Source: a virus
IMG/VR virus record: IMGVR_UViG_3300022555_000027
Coordinates: 32,270 to 96,269 of that record
Reading direction: 5' to 3' (one strand)
Length of the DNA: 64,000 nt
Positions 21,134-31,433 of this stretch are shown here, piece after piece (the stretch's first letter is position 1; each line of letters opens with the position of its first letter). A program made the position numbers and the translations under genes. The notes beneath the pieces were generated by a model. That model was not told the DNA's origin. It did no database searches and saw only the letters and a program-made list of their open reading frames with translations.

Positions 21134-21544
21134 ATGTCCTATCTCGCCGCCCGCTTCCAGGAGCGTGGTTCTATCGGAGCCCTGTTGATTGCCATTGCGG
21201 CCATCACGGTCTCCGTTCTTTTCGTTCTGGTCGGCCACGGCGATGCCTCGCTGGGCATTACCATCGCCGCCATCTCCGGGCTGTTCGCGGTCCTGGTTCT
21301 GTTGATCCCCGAAGCCGAAAACGTCGCCGAGGACCTTTTCGACGAAATGCACGAGGCTTTCGGCGAAGTCCATGAGGCCCTCGACAACCTCCACAGTCAC
21401 ATCGATTCCGTGACTGAGGAAGTCGAGGAGGATGTGGTCAAGGCGGTTGAACCTGCCCCCGTGGTTGCGTCGGTTGTGGTGCCGGCGACGGTGGTAGCGG
21501 AGCCGGACGCGCCCATTAGCGCGGTTCCTACCGCCACCCCGTAA
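21134..21544 (+). CDS. Membrane protein with two TM helices and an acidic tail
   Basis: Two hydrophobic stretches; AGGAG RBS. Confidence 0.65.
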   Translation: MSYLAARFQERGSIGALLIAIAAITVSVLFVLVGHGDASLGITIAAISGLFAVLVLLIPEAENVAEDLFDEMHEAFGEVHEALDNLHSHIDSVTEEVEEDVVKAVEPAPVVASVVVPATVVAEPDAPISAVPTATP

Positions 21545-21589
21545 TAGGTGGGTTTATCTTGAATACACTCTATCTGGCAAAATAAAGGG

Positions 21590-21614
21590 AAGGGGGGCTC
21601 GCGCCCCCCTTTTC
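21590..21614. terminator. Probable bidirectional terminator where the two transcription directions converge
   Basis: AAGGGGGGC-tcgc-GCCCCCCTTTT. Confidence 0.6.
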
Positions 21615-21833
21615 TGTATCAACGACCTCGGCGGTCCAGGTGTAGCGATAGATTTCCAGCCGCTGCTGGTGTTCGACCTTCCGGCTCACCTGCTTTCCTT
21701 CCAGGTAGGCACCCTTGCCCGCGATGCCACGGGCCTGGAGTATTACTTTGGCCTTGGCGATGCGTTCTCTCTCAACTTTTACCCTAACATCCTCCAAAGG
21801 AAAAGGGGGGGCAGGATCACCCCCCAGTAGTGG

Positions 21834-22946
21834 TTACGGCACCAGGGTGTAAACTCGGTGGCCTTCCGCGTTGCGAATGTTGGTGATGACTGGCCGATCA
21901 CCGGCTGCGTTGAAGTGGCTGATCATGCCCCGAACGGTGTGCGAAGCCAGCCCACCGAACATCTCTTGAAACTGGGCAACGCTGACCCCCGTTCCGTTGG
22001 CCTGCCGCAACGCCTCGTACACCTGCTCCTTGCGGGTAAGCCCCCGTTCCGCTGACCGAGGAGCCCGAGACGGGCGTTGTGAAACCGGTTGCCGTGACCG
22101 GGTGAATACCGCCGACGCCCAGGCATGAACGTCGAGACTTTCATCTGACGAGAGGCCAGGGACATTACCAAGGGCGAAAAGAGCCGCCACCAGGGCAGGG
22201 TTGCGACCGAACACGCTTGGTATACGAGGCGCAACTCCCGCGAGTGCCCCGGGGATGACCAAGGAAGGGCCTGCGGCCTCTGGCTGCGGTGAGCACACCG
22301 GCGCCTCGTTAGCCTCTCCAGCGGTCATCGTAGGGGCTTCCGGGGCAGGGTAGGTTTCCGCATCGACTTGAGCCCGCCAAGTGTCTATTTCCACGTCAGT
22401 GGGGAGCCCGTCAGTGGTGTCCTCGACACAAAGTACCGGGCCGAAGGCGTCTTCACCGTAGGGGGAACCGATCTCTTCATCGACCTCGGTAACGGTCGAT
22501 GTAAGGGTGGCCGGGTCGATGGTGGCCAGCAACTCGGCATCGGCCGGTTCTCCGTCGAACTGCTGGTCGTGCTCCAACTGGGCGATAAACGCCCAGTTCT
22601 CATCGGTCAACTCGGCCATCGCCTGCAAGACCTCAGTCGGGGTGCTGATTGAGACCAGGGTAAGCTCGCGGGCCTCACGGGCCAGGGCGTCCTCAAGAGA
22701 CACGCCTGGGGTACTTTCGATCTGGAGTGCTATGTCGGTAGGGAGAGAGAACCTGCCGCTCACGGCACGCTCGGCCATTGCGGCCTCCGCGATCAGGTCC
22801 CGAACGAGAAAAGAACCGTCGCACTCGTCGATGGCGTATTCCGTTCCGACACGCGCGCCGGAACCAAAATAGGCGCGGGCCGCGCGTGACGCCTGGAGAC
22901 GGCTTGAAAAGCTGGCGTCCATCGGTGTGTCAAGGGTGAGGGTCAT
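21834..22946 (-). CDS. Acidic protein with C-terminal DUF3489-like winged helix
   Basis: TRKEQVYEALRQANG..V.......G...HTVRGMISH...RVYTL; AAGGAG RBS. Confidence 0.7.
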   Translation of the reverse strand: MTLTLDTPMDASFSSRLQASRAARAYFGSGARVGTEYAIDECDGSFLVRDLIAEAAMAERAVSGRFSLPTDIALQIESTPGVSLEDALAREARELTLVSISTPTEVLQAMAELTDENWAFIAQLEHDQQFDGEPADAELLATIDPATLTSTVTEVDEEIGSPYGEDAFGPVLCVEDTTDGLPTDVEIDTWRAQVDAETYPAPEAPTMTAGEANEAPVCSPQPEAAGPSLVIPGALAGVAPRIPSVFGRNPALVAALFALGNVPGLSSDESLDVHAWASAVFTRSRQPVSQRPSRAPRSAERGLTRKEQVYEALRQANGTGVSVAQFQEMFGGLASHTVRGMISHFNAAGDRPVITNIRNAEGHRVYTLVP

Positions 22947-23250
22947 TGAGATAGCTCCTTAGTTTGAGACTGTGTACCTACCATGTTCGCATTAGACTAA
23001 ATGCGTGAGGCTCCCGTCAAGTCCAACATTCAAGCCTCGCAATCTTTTTTGAAACCGGTTTCACCGGATCACTGGGGCTCCCGCCGTATGAGCCAACCGG
23101 CAGTCCCGCATAGTTGACAGGGCCACCTTGAAGGGGCCAGCCCACGCGGTCAGGGCCTTTTCCGCTTTGCGCCGGGCACTCATTGCCGAGCGGGCGAAGA
23201 TGATACAGGTCCCGTGGGACGTATCAACAAGAAAGGGAGCAGTAACCTGA

Positions 23251-23964
23251 TCAGAGACTGCCACCGATGGTGCTTGACGGTTCCTCATTTTCGTTCCTCT
23301 TTACAACGCGCTCAAGTGCGCGATAATACCAAGTTGGACCACATGCTGCCGGGACCTTCCGCTTTGTAAAGTCTCGCAACACCGATGCTAGTGTTTCACC
23401 ACCTGTTACACGAGCGCGTGCTTCGATGATGATGGCCTGTTGAGCATCATCCTTGACGAGATTATCACCCTCACGACGCCATCCATAGGGGACCTTACCG
23501 TACACCTTGCCTGTGTGCTTTTTATGCTGTAGCACCGCCTTGGTACGCTCGCCGATGACCTCACGCTCCCACTGGGACACAGAAACCAGGAGATTTAGAC
23601 AAAGCCGTCCAGAGGCTGTACGGGTGTCAAGATGCTCGGTTACAGATACGAGAGACGGACCACCTTGGTCGGGGTTGAACTTTTCCAACAACGTGGCTAG
23701 GTCCCTCACCGAACGGGTAAGCCTATCGAGCTTCACCACAACAAGACAATCTGCTTGCCCGTCTTCAATCATACGCAGGGCCTTCAGAAACCCCGGTCGA
23801 TTGGTATCCTTAGCGGACAAGCCGGCGTCAACCACCGTCTCGATCAACATCATTTCGTATAGATTACAGTAGCCCGCGATGCGTGAAAGCTGGGCATCAA
23901 TTGATCCACCATTTTCGGCCTGCTCTGACGTTGAAACCCGTGCGTATCCGATGGCTTTGACCAT
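23251..23964 (-). CDS. Serine recombinase (resolvase catalytic domain plus short recombinase domain)
   Basis: GYARVST, D.G.SAK...RPG, KLDRLTRS, D.RT..GR, PYGW; GGAGG RBS before ATG 23964. Confidence 0.92.
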   Translation of the reverse strand: MVKAIGYARVSTSEQAENGGSIDAQLSRIAGYCNLYEMMLIETVVDAGLSAKDTNRPGFLKALRMIEDGQADCLVVVKLDRLTRSVRDLATLLEKFNPDQGGPSLVSVTEHLDTRTASGRLCLNLLVSVSQWEREVIGERTKAVLQHKKHTGKVYGKVPYGWRREGDNLVKDDAQQAIIIEARARVTGGETLASVLRDFTKRKVPAACGPTWYYRALERVVKRNENEEPSSTIGGSL

Positions 23965-23980
23965 TGTCACCTCCGTTGAG

Positions 23981-24352
23981 TTAAGCGGTCTTGCGCCGCG
24001 TCCTAGTAGCCTCCCGCGCTTCCTCTGCCTTACGCCGGGCCTGTTCAGCGTTATAACTCGCGATCCGGGCTTCCAGCAAGAGTTTTTCTTGCAGCTTGAT
24101 CTCGTGGGTCCGGGCAACCGCCGCGTTTGCTTCGGCATTCGGCTTGGTATACTCGATGGTCTCCAGGAGGGGATCATCGGACGATGCTACCCGAAACGTC
24201 GGAAGCAGTTCCCGGTATTCGATGGCATTATCGTGGGACATCCGTCCGTGGACTTCCATGAGATACCGCCCATCGGGGAGGGTATCAATGATCCGGCCAT
24301 AGTAGCAGGCCGTCTTTTCAGGGTTTACCCAGTGCTTTACGAGATTGTACAT
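23981..24352 (-). CDS. Hypothetical protein
   Basis: 123-aa ORF, AAGGA RBS. Confidence 0.6.
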   Translation of the reverse strand: MYNLVKHWVNPEKTACYYGRIIDTLPDGRYLMEVHGRMSHDNAIEYRELLPTFRVASSDDPLLETIEYTKPNAEANAAVARTHEIKLQEKLLLEARIASYNAEQARRKAEEAREATRTRRKTA

Positions 24353-24363
24353 AGTCTTGATCC

Positions 24364-24624
24364 TTACGCGGGAAGGTGCTTGTGAAGATAGATGTCAACA
24401 GCCTCCGGGATGTCCCCATCGTCTTCATCATGAAAGGCGTTAAGCCCAGTCGCATTCTGTAGCGAGCGAAGATGCCGCCTTATAGTCGCCTGTGACATGC
24501 CCGTTAGCTGCATGATGGTGTCACTTGTTGGCCACTCGTGGTACTTTTGGACCCACTCCTTGACCAGCCCGAAGATGCGGAGACGGGTGATCTGTCCCCG
24601 CATCGTTTGTTTCTTCGTTTTCAT
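24364..24624 (-). CDS. Small HTH protein (LexA-like DNA-binding fold)
   Basis: WPT...IMQLTGMSQATIRRHLRSL; ATGA overlap with the SNF2 stop. Confidence 0.6.
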   Translation of the reverse strand: MKTKKQTMRGQITRLRIFGLVKEWVQKYHEWPTSDTIMQLTGMSQATIRRHLRSLQNATGLNAFHDEDDGDIPEAVDIYLHKHLPA

Positions 24625-26627
24625 GCTGCACACTCCAACCGCCCGAGGATGTCGGCTCCGAGTTGCCGATGGTATTTCCGAAGGAGTGCAGCGGCGGCAG
24701 CTATCTGCTTCGGGGATAGTGTACGACCCTTGCTGATCTGTTCAGCAAGTGAGTTGCCGAACTTGGTGTCCAGCTTGTTGAAACCAGTTTCATTCTGCTG
24801 GCTTGCGTGGTCCGGGTCACACCCGGCCAGGGTCAGAATGCCTTGCACGACCGCCTCAGTGACCCCTGGGGCAACCACGATCTCGCGACCGCAACGCTGG
24901 GCCGCAATCTTAACCCGCTCATCTTCTGCGCGCGCTTTTGCGGCTTCAAGAGCGTCGGCACGTTCCTTACGCCCGGCTTCGATCTCGGCTTTGACCTCAC
25001 CCAATGAACCCGCATTTGCTTGCGTGTTCAGGGCGGCATCGATCTCCGCCTGCTTTTCAACGATGCGAACCGCCATCCGTGCGTCAAGGCTTCCTTCAAG
25101 GACCAGATGCTGTACCAGAACGCTGGACAACTGTCCGATGCGATGCGCCCGATCTTCCTCTTGAGACACGTTGCCGGGCACCCAATCAAGTTCAACCAGG
25201 ATGACGTGGCTTGAAGCGGTAAGGGTGACACCCTCACGCATTGCCGCGCTACCAATGATGACCTCGACCGCCGGGTCATTCTGGAACCGGTCAACGATCC
25301 CTTGCCGCTTTTCGGGGGGCGTGCTGCCGTCGATGACAACGCAACGCGTGCCGAAGTGCTTTGCAAGACCCTTCACCATGTCCTGGTGGTGGGCAAACAC
25401 GATGACCTTTTTCGACTGCTCGACCGCCTCGTCAATGAACTCGATGGCGATGGGCAGTTTCTTGATCGCAGTCTCATGACGCCGCTTGGACATTTCAGCG
25501 AACACGACCTTTTCAGCCTCACGCAACTCCGCGACCGCCGCTTTGTATTCAGGCTCGTCAGGATTTGCACCAGATACCTTACGGGCCTTGATCAGCCGTT
25601 GAAGTTCCTGGAGCCGCTCAAAGGTAGCCAGTTCCGCCCTGACCGCTGCCATCGCATCGGGTGATGCGGGCAGTTCAACGATCTGCCTGATCTTCGCCGG
25701 TAGCTCTGATAACACATCCTTTTTCAAGCGCCGGATCATAACCGTTTCGCGTAAGAGCAACTGCAACTCGTCCAGGTTTTGACCGCCTCCGTACTTAGAC
25801 TCAAATTTGCGGTAGGACCCGAACTGCCCGGGAGCGAGGAAATTGACCAGCCCATAAAGTTCTGTCGGTCGGTTAGGGGCAGGGGAGCCGGTTAAGAAGA
25901 GCTTGAACTTGCAAGGGATGGGGGCGATCAACTCACCAGCCTTGTCCTTGCCCATGACCTCAGCCGCACGCCCTGTCTTGTGATTTTTCAGGTAGTGGGC
26001 CTCGTCAACGATCAACAGGTCCCATTGAACCGCCCGGATGCTGTACCGGTGCTCTTTGAGCATGTCGAAATTGGTGATCACGATGTCCGTCGCCGGGAAG
26101 TTGCCACCGATTTGCACGCCGATGCTCAAGTCCTTGACGAGCCACCGCTTCAACTCACGTTCCCAGTTTCTCTTGATAGACGCGGGGCAAACGATCAGGA
26201 CCCGCTTGATCTCCGGTTTGTTGTCAATGACCCCAATCGCCTGGGGTGTTTTGCCTAGCCCCATGTCGTCAGCAAGCAACACGCCGTTGCCCTGGTCGAA
26301 CCTGTCGAGGGTCGAAGCAATGCCGCCGCCTTGGTAGGGAAAGAACTTTTTACCGTCCTTGGTGATGATTACCCGGTCAGTGCTGGTGGCCATAGAGCCT
26401 TCCAGGATAGCCTCTTGGCGGGCCGTGGTGGCCAGCAAATCCGCCCGAAGGGCAGGAGAGGCGTATTCAGCAAGGCGAGCCGCCTTGGTCTTGTCTTGGG
26501 TGAACCAGCCCTTTTGTCCGCACTTGGCACCCGTACCGTCCCAGGTAAACTCCGCCGTCTTGGGAATTGACCGGTCGGCATATTGGGTGATCGCGATGTA
26601 GAAACGTCCCTTTTGAAGTAGCTCCAT
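24621..26627 (-). CDS. SNF2-family helicase (SMARCAL1/HARP-like)
   Basis: DDMGLGKT, DEAH, LTGSP..N, MIRRLK, EGVTLT, W.P....Q.EDRAHRIGQ. Confidence 0.92.
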   Translation of the reverse strand: MELLQKGRFYIAITQYADRSIPKTAEFTWDGTGAKCGQKGWFTQDKTKAARLAEYASPALRADLLATTARQEAILEGSMATSTDRVIITKDGKKFFPYQGGGIASTLDRFDQGNGVLLADDMGLGKTPQAIGVIDNKPEIKRVLIVCPASIKRNWERELKRWLVKDLSIGVQIGGNFPATDIVITNFDMLKEHRYSIRAVQWDLLIVDEAHYLKNHKTGRAAEVMGKDKAGELIAPIPCKFKLFLTGSPAPNRPTELYGLVNFLAPGQFGSYRKFESKYGGGQNLDELQLLLRETVMIRRLKKDVLSELPAKIRQIVELPASPDAMAAVRAELATFERLQELQRLIKARKVSGANPDEPEYKAAVAELREAEKVVFAEMSKRRHETAIKKLPIAIEFIDEAVEQSKKVIVFAHHQDMVKGLAKHFGTRCVVIDGSTPPEKRQGIVDRFQNDPAVEVIIGSAAMREGVTLTASSHVILVELDWVPGNVSQEEDRAHRIGQLSSVLVQHLVLEGSLDARMAVRIVEKQAEIDAALNTQANAGSLGEVKAEIEAGRKERADALEAAKARAEDERVKIAAQRCGREIVVAPGVTEAVVQGILTLAGCDPDHASQQNETGFNKLDTKFGNSLAEQISKGRTLSPKQIAAAAALLRKYHRQLGADILGRLECAA

Positions 26628-27239
26628 CGTAGTCTCCATTGAGAATGTACAAAACGAAAGCATCACTTACATAATAAGCGCCCTTGCCCCTGTCAAGGGC
26701 TTTGAGGGTGCGTTGCAACACGCACCCCTTTGCCTCAGCCGGCCAACACTTGCCGGATAAATAGGGCCGTGGCAACCGCCTCGACCACCGCGTATGTCTC
26801 GTCCATCTTGGTCTTCACCCACGCCACCGCCTGAGCACGGGAGTGGAGGTGAGGGGCCGATGCCAAAAGGCTGTCCGCTACCTCGTCTGCTTCTGTGTGT
26901 CCCATCGTTGTTCCCCTAAAAAGTCGCCGTGAAACCGGCCATTTCGAGTTATGCCGCAACCCGCCTTGCGGTCACGCCCTGCATTGTGTAACCGCACCGC
27001 TTCAAGTTGATTGCGATACGCTCCCCATCGTCCAGCATAAGCCCGATGGTGTGGTTCAAGTGCATGATGACGATGCCCTCGTGCGCCACCTCCTTGGTGC
27101 TCCGATTGATCAGACGAACCCGATACCCTGCGACCATTTTGGCCTCCCGTTGAAAGAACCAAAGCGGGGGCCGGAGCCCCCAATGTTAAAGCGGAACCTC
27201 TCGAACGACCATCTTGTGAGTTGAAAGCCGTTCGTTGAC

Positions 27240-27339
27240 GTGACTTCTCTCGGCCCTAAAGGGCCGGGTTTGCGCGGCCAAAAAGGCTGGTGACTTCTCT
27301 CGGCCCTAAAGGGCCGGGTTTGCGCGGCCAAAAAGTCAG
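27240..27339 (-). mobile_element. Tandem dimer of a 50-bp minimal IS200/IS605 element (left end fused to right end)
   Basis: Two copies of GTGACTTCTCTCGGCCCTAAAGGGCCGGGTTTGCGCGGCCAAAAAG.., matching both ends of the element at 44640-45990; preceded by GTGAT on the minus strand. Confidence 0.88.
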
Positions 27340-27340
27340 A

Positions 27341-27553
27341 TCACCCGGTAGCAACCGACCGTAAAACCACCTTGCCTTCAATTTCGATCTCGAAGTCGCC
27401 GATCTCACGTTGGCCCATCGCCTGCCATGTAAGCCCCGAAATGATGGCGGCTTCCGAAGCGTTTCCAAAGTTGCCCTCGAAAGCGATCTCGCCAAACTCG
27501 ATGGCCTTTTCGTCTGTGCGCCGTACCAGTGCGCGCTTCACCGGCGCTGTCAT
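27341..27553 (-). CDS. Hypothetical protein
   Basis: GGAGG RBS; 70 aa; stop lies inside the GTGAT target motif of the mini-element. Confidence 0.55.
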   Translation of the reverse strand: MTAPVKRALVRRTDEKAIEFGEIAFEGNFGNASEAAIISGLTWQAMGQREIGDFEIEIEGKVVLRSVATG

Positions 27554-27562
27554 GTCATCCTC

Positions 27563-28048
27563 CTAACATTCCCATCCAAGTTCCCAGTCCCAATCCTCTT
27601 CAACGACCCTTGCCGCCTTGACCGGTAGTTTTCCCGTCATGGCAACGTCGATCATACCAAGAGGCAGCCCGCAGTCCTTATAGCCACTTCGGATGTGGTT
27701 CAGGTAGCTTTCACGGGGCCGACCATCTGTCTTGGCCGTCATCATATACGTAATCACCGTGGCCTCGTAGCCCTCCCAGTCAATAACCCGAACCGTTGCC
27801 CTCCGGTATACCTCAGGGGTGCCTTCAAAGCGGTCAAGTGCTATTCCGTCAAGTTCCGCCATGTCAAACACAGCCCCGACCACCACCCCGTGTGGGGCTT
27901 TCACGATCGTTGCCTTTGCGTCCTTTGGTCTGCCCCTAAAGACCAAGGTGTAACCGTGTAGCGTAGCGGTGCCGATGTACCGAGACGATGGGCAACGCTT
28001 GTATAAACGGTCGATGCTTAGATTGCTCCCATATGCGAAATAGAGCAT
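27563..28048 (-). CDS. Gamma-glutamylcyclotransferase (GGCT/AIG2-like) protein
   Basis: YFAYGSNL, L.FRG, LDRFEG...Y, P...Y...I..GY. Confidence 0.88.
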   Translation of the reverse strand: MLYFAYGSNLSIDRLYKRCPSSRYIGTATLHGYTLVFRGRPKDAKATIVKAPHGVVVGAVFDMAELDGIALDRFEGTPEVYRRATVRVIDWEGYEATVITYMMTAKTDGRPRESYLNHIRSGYKDCGLPLGMIDVAMTGKLPVKAARVVEEDWDWELGWEC

Positions 28049-28540
28049 GGCGCCTCCTGTCTGGTGAAACCGGTTTCACTTGGATCACCAAAGCGGGGGG
28101 CCGAAGCCCCCCAATAGGTCACGCCGTAGCCCGTTTGCCCTGGATGCGGGCCGTTCCCTTAGCAAAGCTTGCAACCAACCTCATCTGGCCAGCAGCCGGC
28201 CAGCTATCCCAAACACAACTCTTGTACCGGAAGTCGTCGGTAGCAAGAAACATCGCGATCTTGTTGGAAAGGGCTTCAAGGGCCTTGGTCAAAGGCTTGT
28301 CTTCAATGCCCTCCTCACACATCTGGTAGTGGAGGCATTGGATGCTCTTGAGCGCCTGATAATGATCGATCAGTGCCCAGGCCATCGGCCGGTAGTGAAA
28401 GATCGGGACCTCAAAGTCCTTGACCCCGTAACGCCCGTTGACCGCCATTGCATTGAGCCGGTACAGCTTCCGACCCAGGTCATCCAGGTTATCACTGGTG
28501 ACGGTGCTCACACCCCCGAAGGTGGTGGCCAGTTCCTTAT

Positions 28541-29849
28541 CCGAATCTCGCGCGAAAAACCCGGCCCTTCAGGGCGGGGATGGATAGCACGTTCGGCAAC
28601 GCCGAAAACGCTTGACAGTTAGACGCAGGCGTCATATATCTAAGCCATGTTGAGAGCCACCCGTATCCGCATCTACCCGACCGACAAGCAAGCCAAAAAC
28701 TTGGCCGTCCAGTTCGGGTGTGCGAGGTGGGCATGGAACAACGCACTTGCCGAGACCGGGGAACTCTACCGCGCCACTGGCAAGGGTCTTAACTATCACG
28801 CGATGGCAATCCGACTGCCGAAGCTTAAGCAAGAGTTTGAATGGCTTAAGGATGCTGACTCACAGGCGTTGCAGCAATCATTGCAAAACCTAGCCCGTGC
28901 GTTCGATAACTTCTTTGCCAAGCGTGGCCGTTATCCTCGGTTAAAGTCCAAACATGGGCGCCAGTCAATCCAGTATCCGCAGCGTGTCAAGATTAACGGG
29001 TCGCGTATCTATCTGCCGAAGGTCGGATGGGTCAAGTGTGTTGTTCATCGTCACATCTCTAGTAAGTTCAAGACTGTAACTGTGAGCCGTAACGCTTGCG
29101 GACAGTTCTACGCCTCAATCCTGACCGATGACGGCGAAGATATGCCGACTGTCGTGACAGAGGGTAAAGCTATCGGTATCGACGCTGGTCTAACGCACCT
29201 TGCTGTGACCAGTGACGGATCGAAGTACGAGAACCCCCGCCATATCAGGAAATCCGCAAGGAACCTGAAGCGTAAGCAGCAAGCCCTTAGTCGGAAGAAA
29301 AAAGGATCGAAGGGCCGGGATAAAGCTCGGCAGAAAGTAGCACGCGTACATGAGAGGGTGGCGTGCGCTCGGAAAGACTACCTTCATAAGCTGTCTCGAC
29401 GGATCGTGAACGAAAACCAAGCAATCGCCGTCGAAGACTTGAATGTGAAGGGAATGATGAAAAACCACTGCTTGGCGAAAGCTATCAGCGACGTGGGATG
29501 GAATATGCTAGTGAACTTCCTGGAATACAAAGCGGCGCGTGCTGGCAAGGCGTTTGTCAAGTGTGGTCGCTGGTATCCGAGTTCTAAGGCTTGCTCAGAG
29601 TGTGGTTCTATTTGCGACAAGATGCCGTTAGATGTTCGATCATGGACTTGCGCCCATTGTGGCGCGCACCATGATCGAGACATTAACGCGGCTCGAAATA
29701 TCCGTGACGAAGGTCTACGGATATTGGCCGGAGGGACTCCGGCTACTGCTAGTGGAGGGGACGTTAGTCGCCAGAGAAGCCGCAAGACTTCTGGACGCGC
29801 GGTCCCCAGTGAAGCTAGAAGCTTGGCCCTTTAGGGCCGAGTAGTTCAC
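28541..29849 (+). mobile_element. TnpB-only IS200/IS605-family element (IS1341-type)
   Basis: Subterminal hairpins (CCGGCCCTTCAGGGCGGG; GGCCCTTTAGGGCC); inserted after TTAT, ends TTCAC; no target duplication, no tnpA. Confidence 0.9.
28647..29834 (+). CDS. tnpB: RNA-guided endonuclease TnpB
   Basis: RIYPT HTH, RuvC GIDAG, VEDL, CSECG..CAHCG zinc finger, DRDINAARNI. Confidence 0.95.
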   Translation: MLRATRIRIYPTDKQAKNLAVQFGCARWAWNNALAETGELYRATGKGLNYHAMAIRLPKLKQEFEWLKDADSQALQQSLQNLARAFDNFFAKRGRYPRLKSKHGRQSIQYPQRVKINGSRIYLPKVGWVKCVVHRHISSKFKTVTVSRNACGQFYASILTDDGEDMPTVVTEGKAIGIDAGLTHLAVTSDGSKYENPRHIRKSARNLKRKQQALSRKKKGSKGRDKARQKVARVHERVACARKDYLHKLSRRIVNENQAIAVEDLNVKGMMKNHCLAKAISDVGWNMLVNFLEYKAARAGKAFVKCGRWYPSSKACSECGSICDKMPLDVRSWTCAHCGAHHDRDINAARNIRDEGLRILAGGTPATASGGDVSRQRSRKTSGRAVPSEARSLAL

Positions 29850-30037
29850 AGTGTTCGATGCTGTTTACTACGACCTGCATAGTCTCAAGAGACACAACGA
29901 AAGCAGACATAACGCCCTCCTTGGTTGGTATGATGTCTGGAATTCGGACGGCTTTATGGAGATAAGCCGCTTTTAAAGTCAAGGGGGAAAGGCGCGAGCC
30001 CTAAAAATCCCGCCGGTTTACCGGCGGGATGGAGTGT

Positions 30038-31433
30038 TCATACACGCCGAAGGGCCTCCGCAAGCATTCGCTTACGCCGTTCGATGATCGCATCCTCACT
30101 TTCAACCGAGCTTTCGACCTTGACCCAAACCATATCGCCGTTGGGAAGCCCGCCGGCCAAATATTCGCCCTCCCATCCCAGCTTGGTGCAAAGCTGTTGC
30201 ATCGCACGCCGATACCGGTCTTGATCATTATGTTCATCGCCGAACGGAACGATGATCCGGTTACGACCAGCCGTCACTGAAATGCGGGTCGGTCGTTGCG
30301 CGCTTCCACCCACGAACCGGGTAAAGATTGCCTGTGCCATGTTGGCCTCCTTCGTTGAAACTGGTTTCAAAATTGCCAAACAGGGCAGGGCAAGCCCCAC
30401 CCTAATTTCTCGCCGTATTATACCCACTATGGAGTGGCAATTTTGATGTCCAAGGTTTCCCGAAGGCAATCCATCCATACGTACAGGGCATTCTTGTTTT
30501 CGATGGTGTCTTCAATCTCCAAGTTCATCTCCAAAACCTGCTCGACCAGATCGGCGTTCGTCATCTCGAACATATCCGATGCTGAATTGCCGGTCGCATC
30601 GACATAGCTGTCGGCCAACTCACGGCATACCGCCCGCGCCCAATGATCGATGGTCGGGAACGTCTCGCCTTTGAACGTCTTCATGACGTCCTCCTATTGG
30701 CGATATGACCGGAAACACGGCAGTCCACAAAACTCACCCTTGAACCAAGACCTCTGGGGACCTCGGTAACTGTCACGCTCGGTGCCGTATATGAAGAGCG
30801 AAGCAACACGCCGACCGCCCGCCTTCAATTTCACGGTACGATGCTGGCCACACCAGTCGCACTTTCCATCTGACCCTGTGTCACGGCAAAGCCCCTCGCG
30901 CGCAAAGGCGTCGATGCTCAAAGTCATCATACCCATCGTCGTCTCCCTTGTTATGAACAAACAGGGGGGCGTTGCCACCCCCTAAATGCTTAGGCTACCG
31001 GTTGGCCGTCACTGTAAAGGCCGTCCTCTTGGTCGTCGTCTTCACCCCAAATCAGTGGCAAGGCATCTTCAAGGCCGCGTGAGACGAACGCCGATGCGGG
31101 TGCTTCCCAGGTCAGATTGCTTGCCCAGGCTTCGATCATACGGTCAACGACCGCCGCGTAAAAGTTGCTGTCAAGGCTTTCTTGGTTGTCCAGCACCTCA
31201 GCGTAACCGGGCAACAAGCGCACCGCCGCAATGAACACGGTGCGGGCCTCGCGGGTGGTTACGGCACCGCCGTTCAAGCGCAACACCCGTGACAACATGG
31301 CCGGGACGGCATTGAGTGAAAGAACACGAGCCAGGGCCTTGGCAGTTTGGCCACCACCCCGAACATAGAAGGTGGTCGGCAGTCCGGTAAGGCTGTCGTT
31401 CTGGTCGATGCGGAACAATTTGGATGCGGTCAT
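30038..31433 (-). CDS. Four small leftward hypothetical genes (about 30038-30340, 30427-30684, 30694-30936, 30990-31433)
   Basis: Each has a GGAG-type RBS; separated by hairpin motifs. Confidence 0.6.

Larger units (their letters stand above)
28119..29910 (-). pseudogene. 160-aa phage gene interrupted by a TnpB element
   Basis: Removing 28541-29849 joins MSAFVVSLETMQVVVNSIEH-Y-KELATTFGG... in frame (61+422=483 nt); GGAGG RBS. Confidence 0.85.

Noticed and set aside
21134-21544. Holin
   Set aside because: Two TM helices fit, but no endolysin or spanin nearby; left as a membrane protein
23251-23964. IS607 TnpA for the TnpB elements
   Set aside because: No N-terminal HTH; the TnpB elements have hairpin ends of the HUH (IS200/IS605) type and are not adjacent
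27240-27339. Mini-CRISPR next to TnpB
   Set aside because: The sequence between repeats is the IS left end, not a variable spacer
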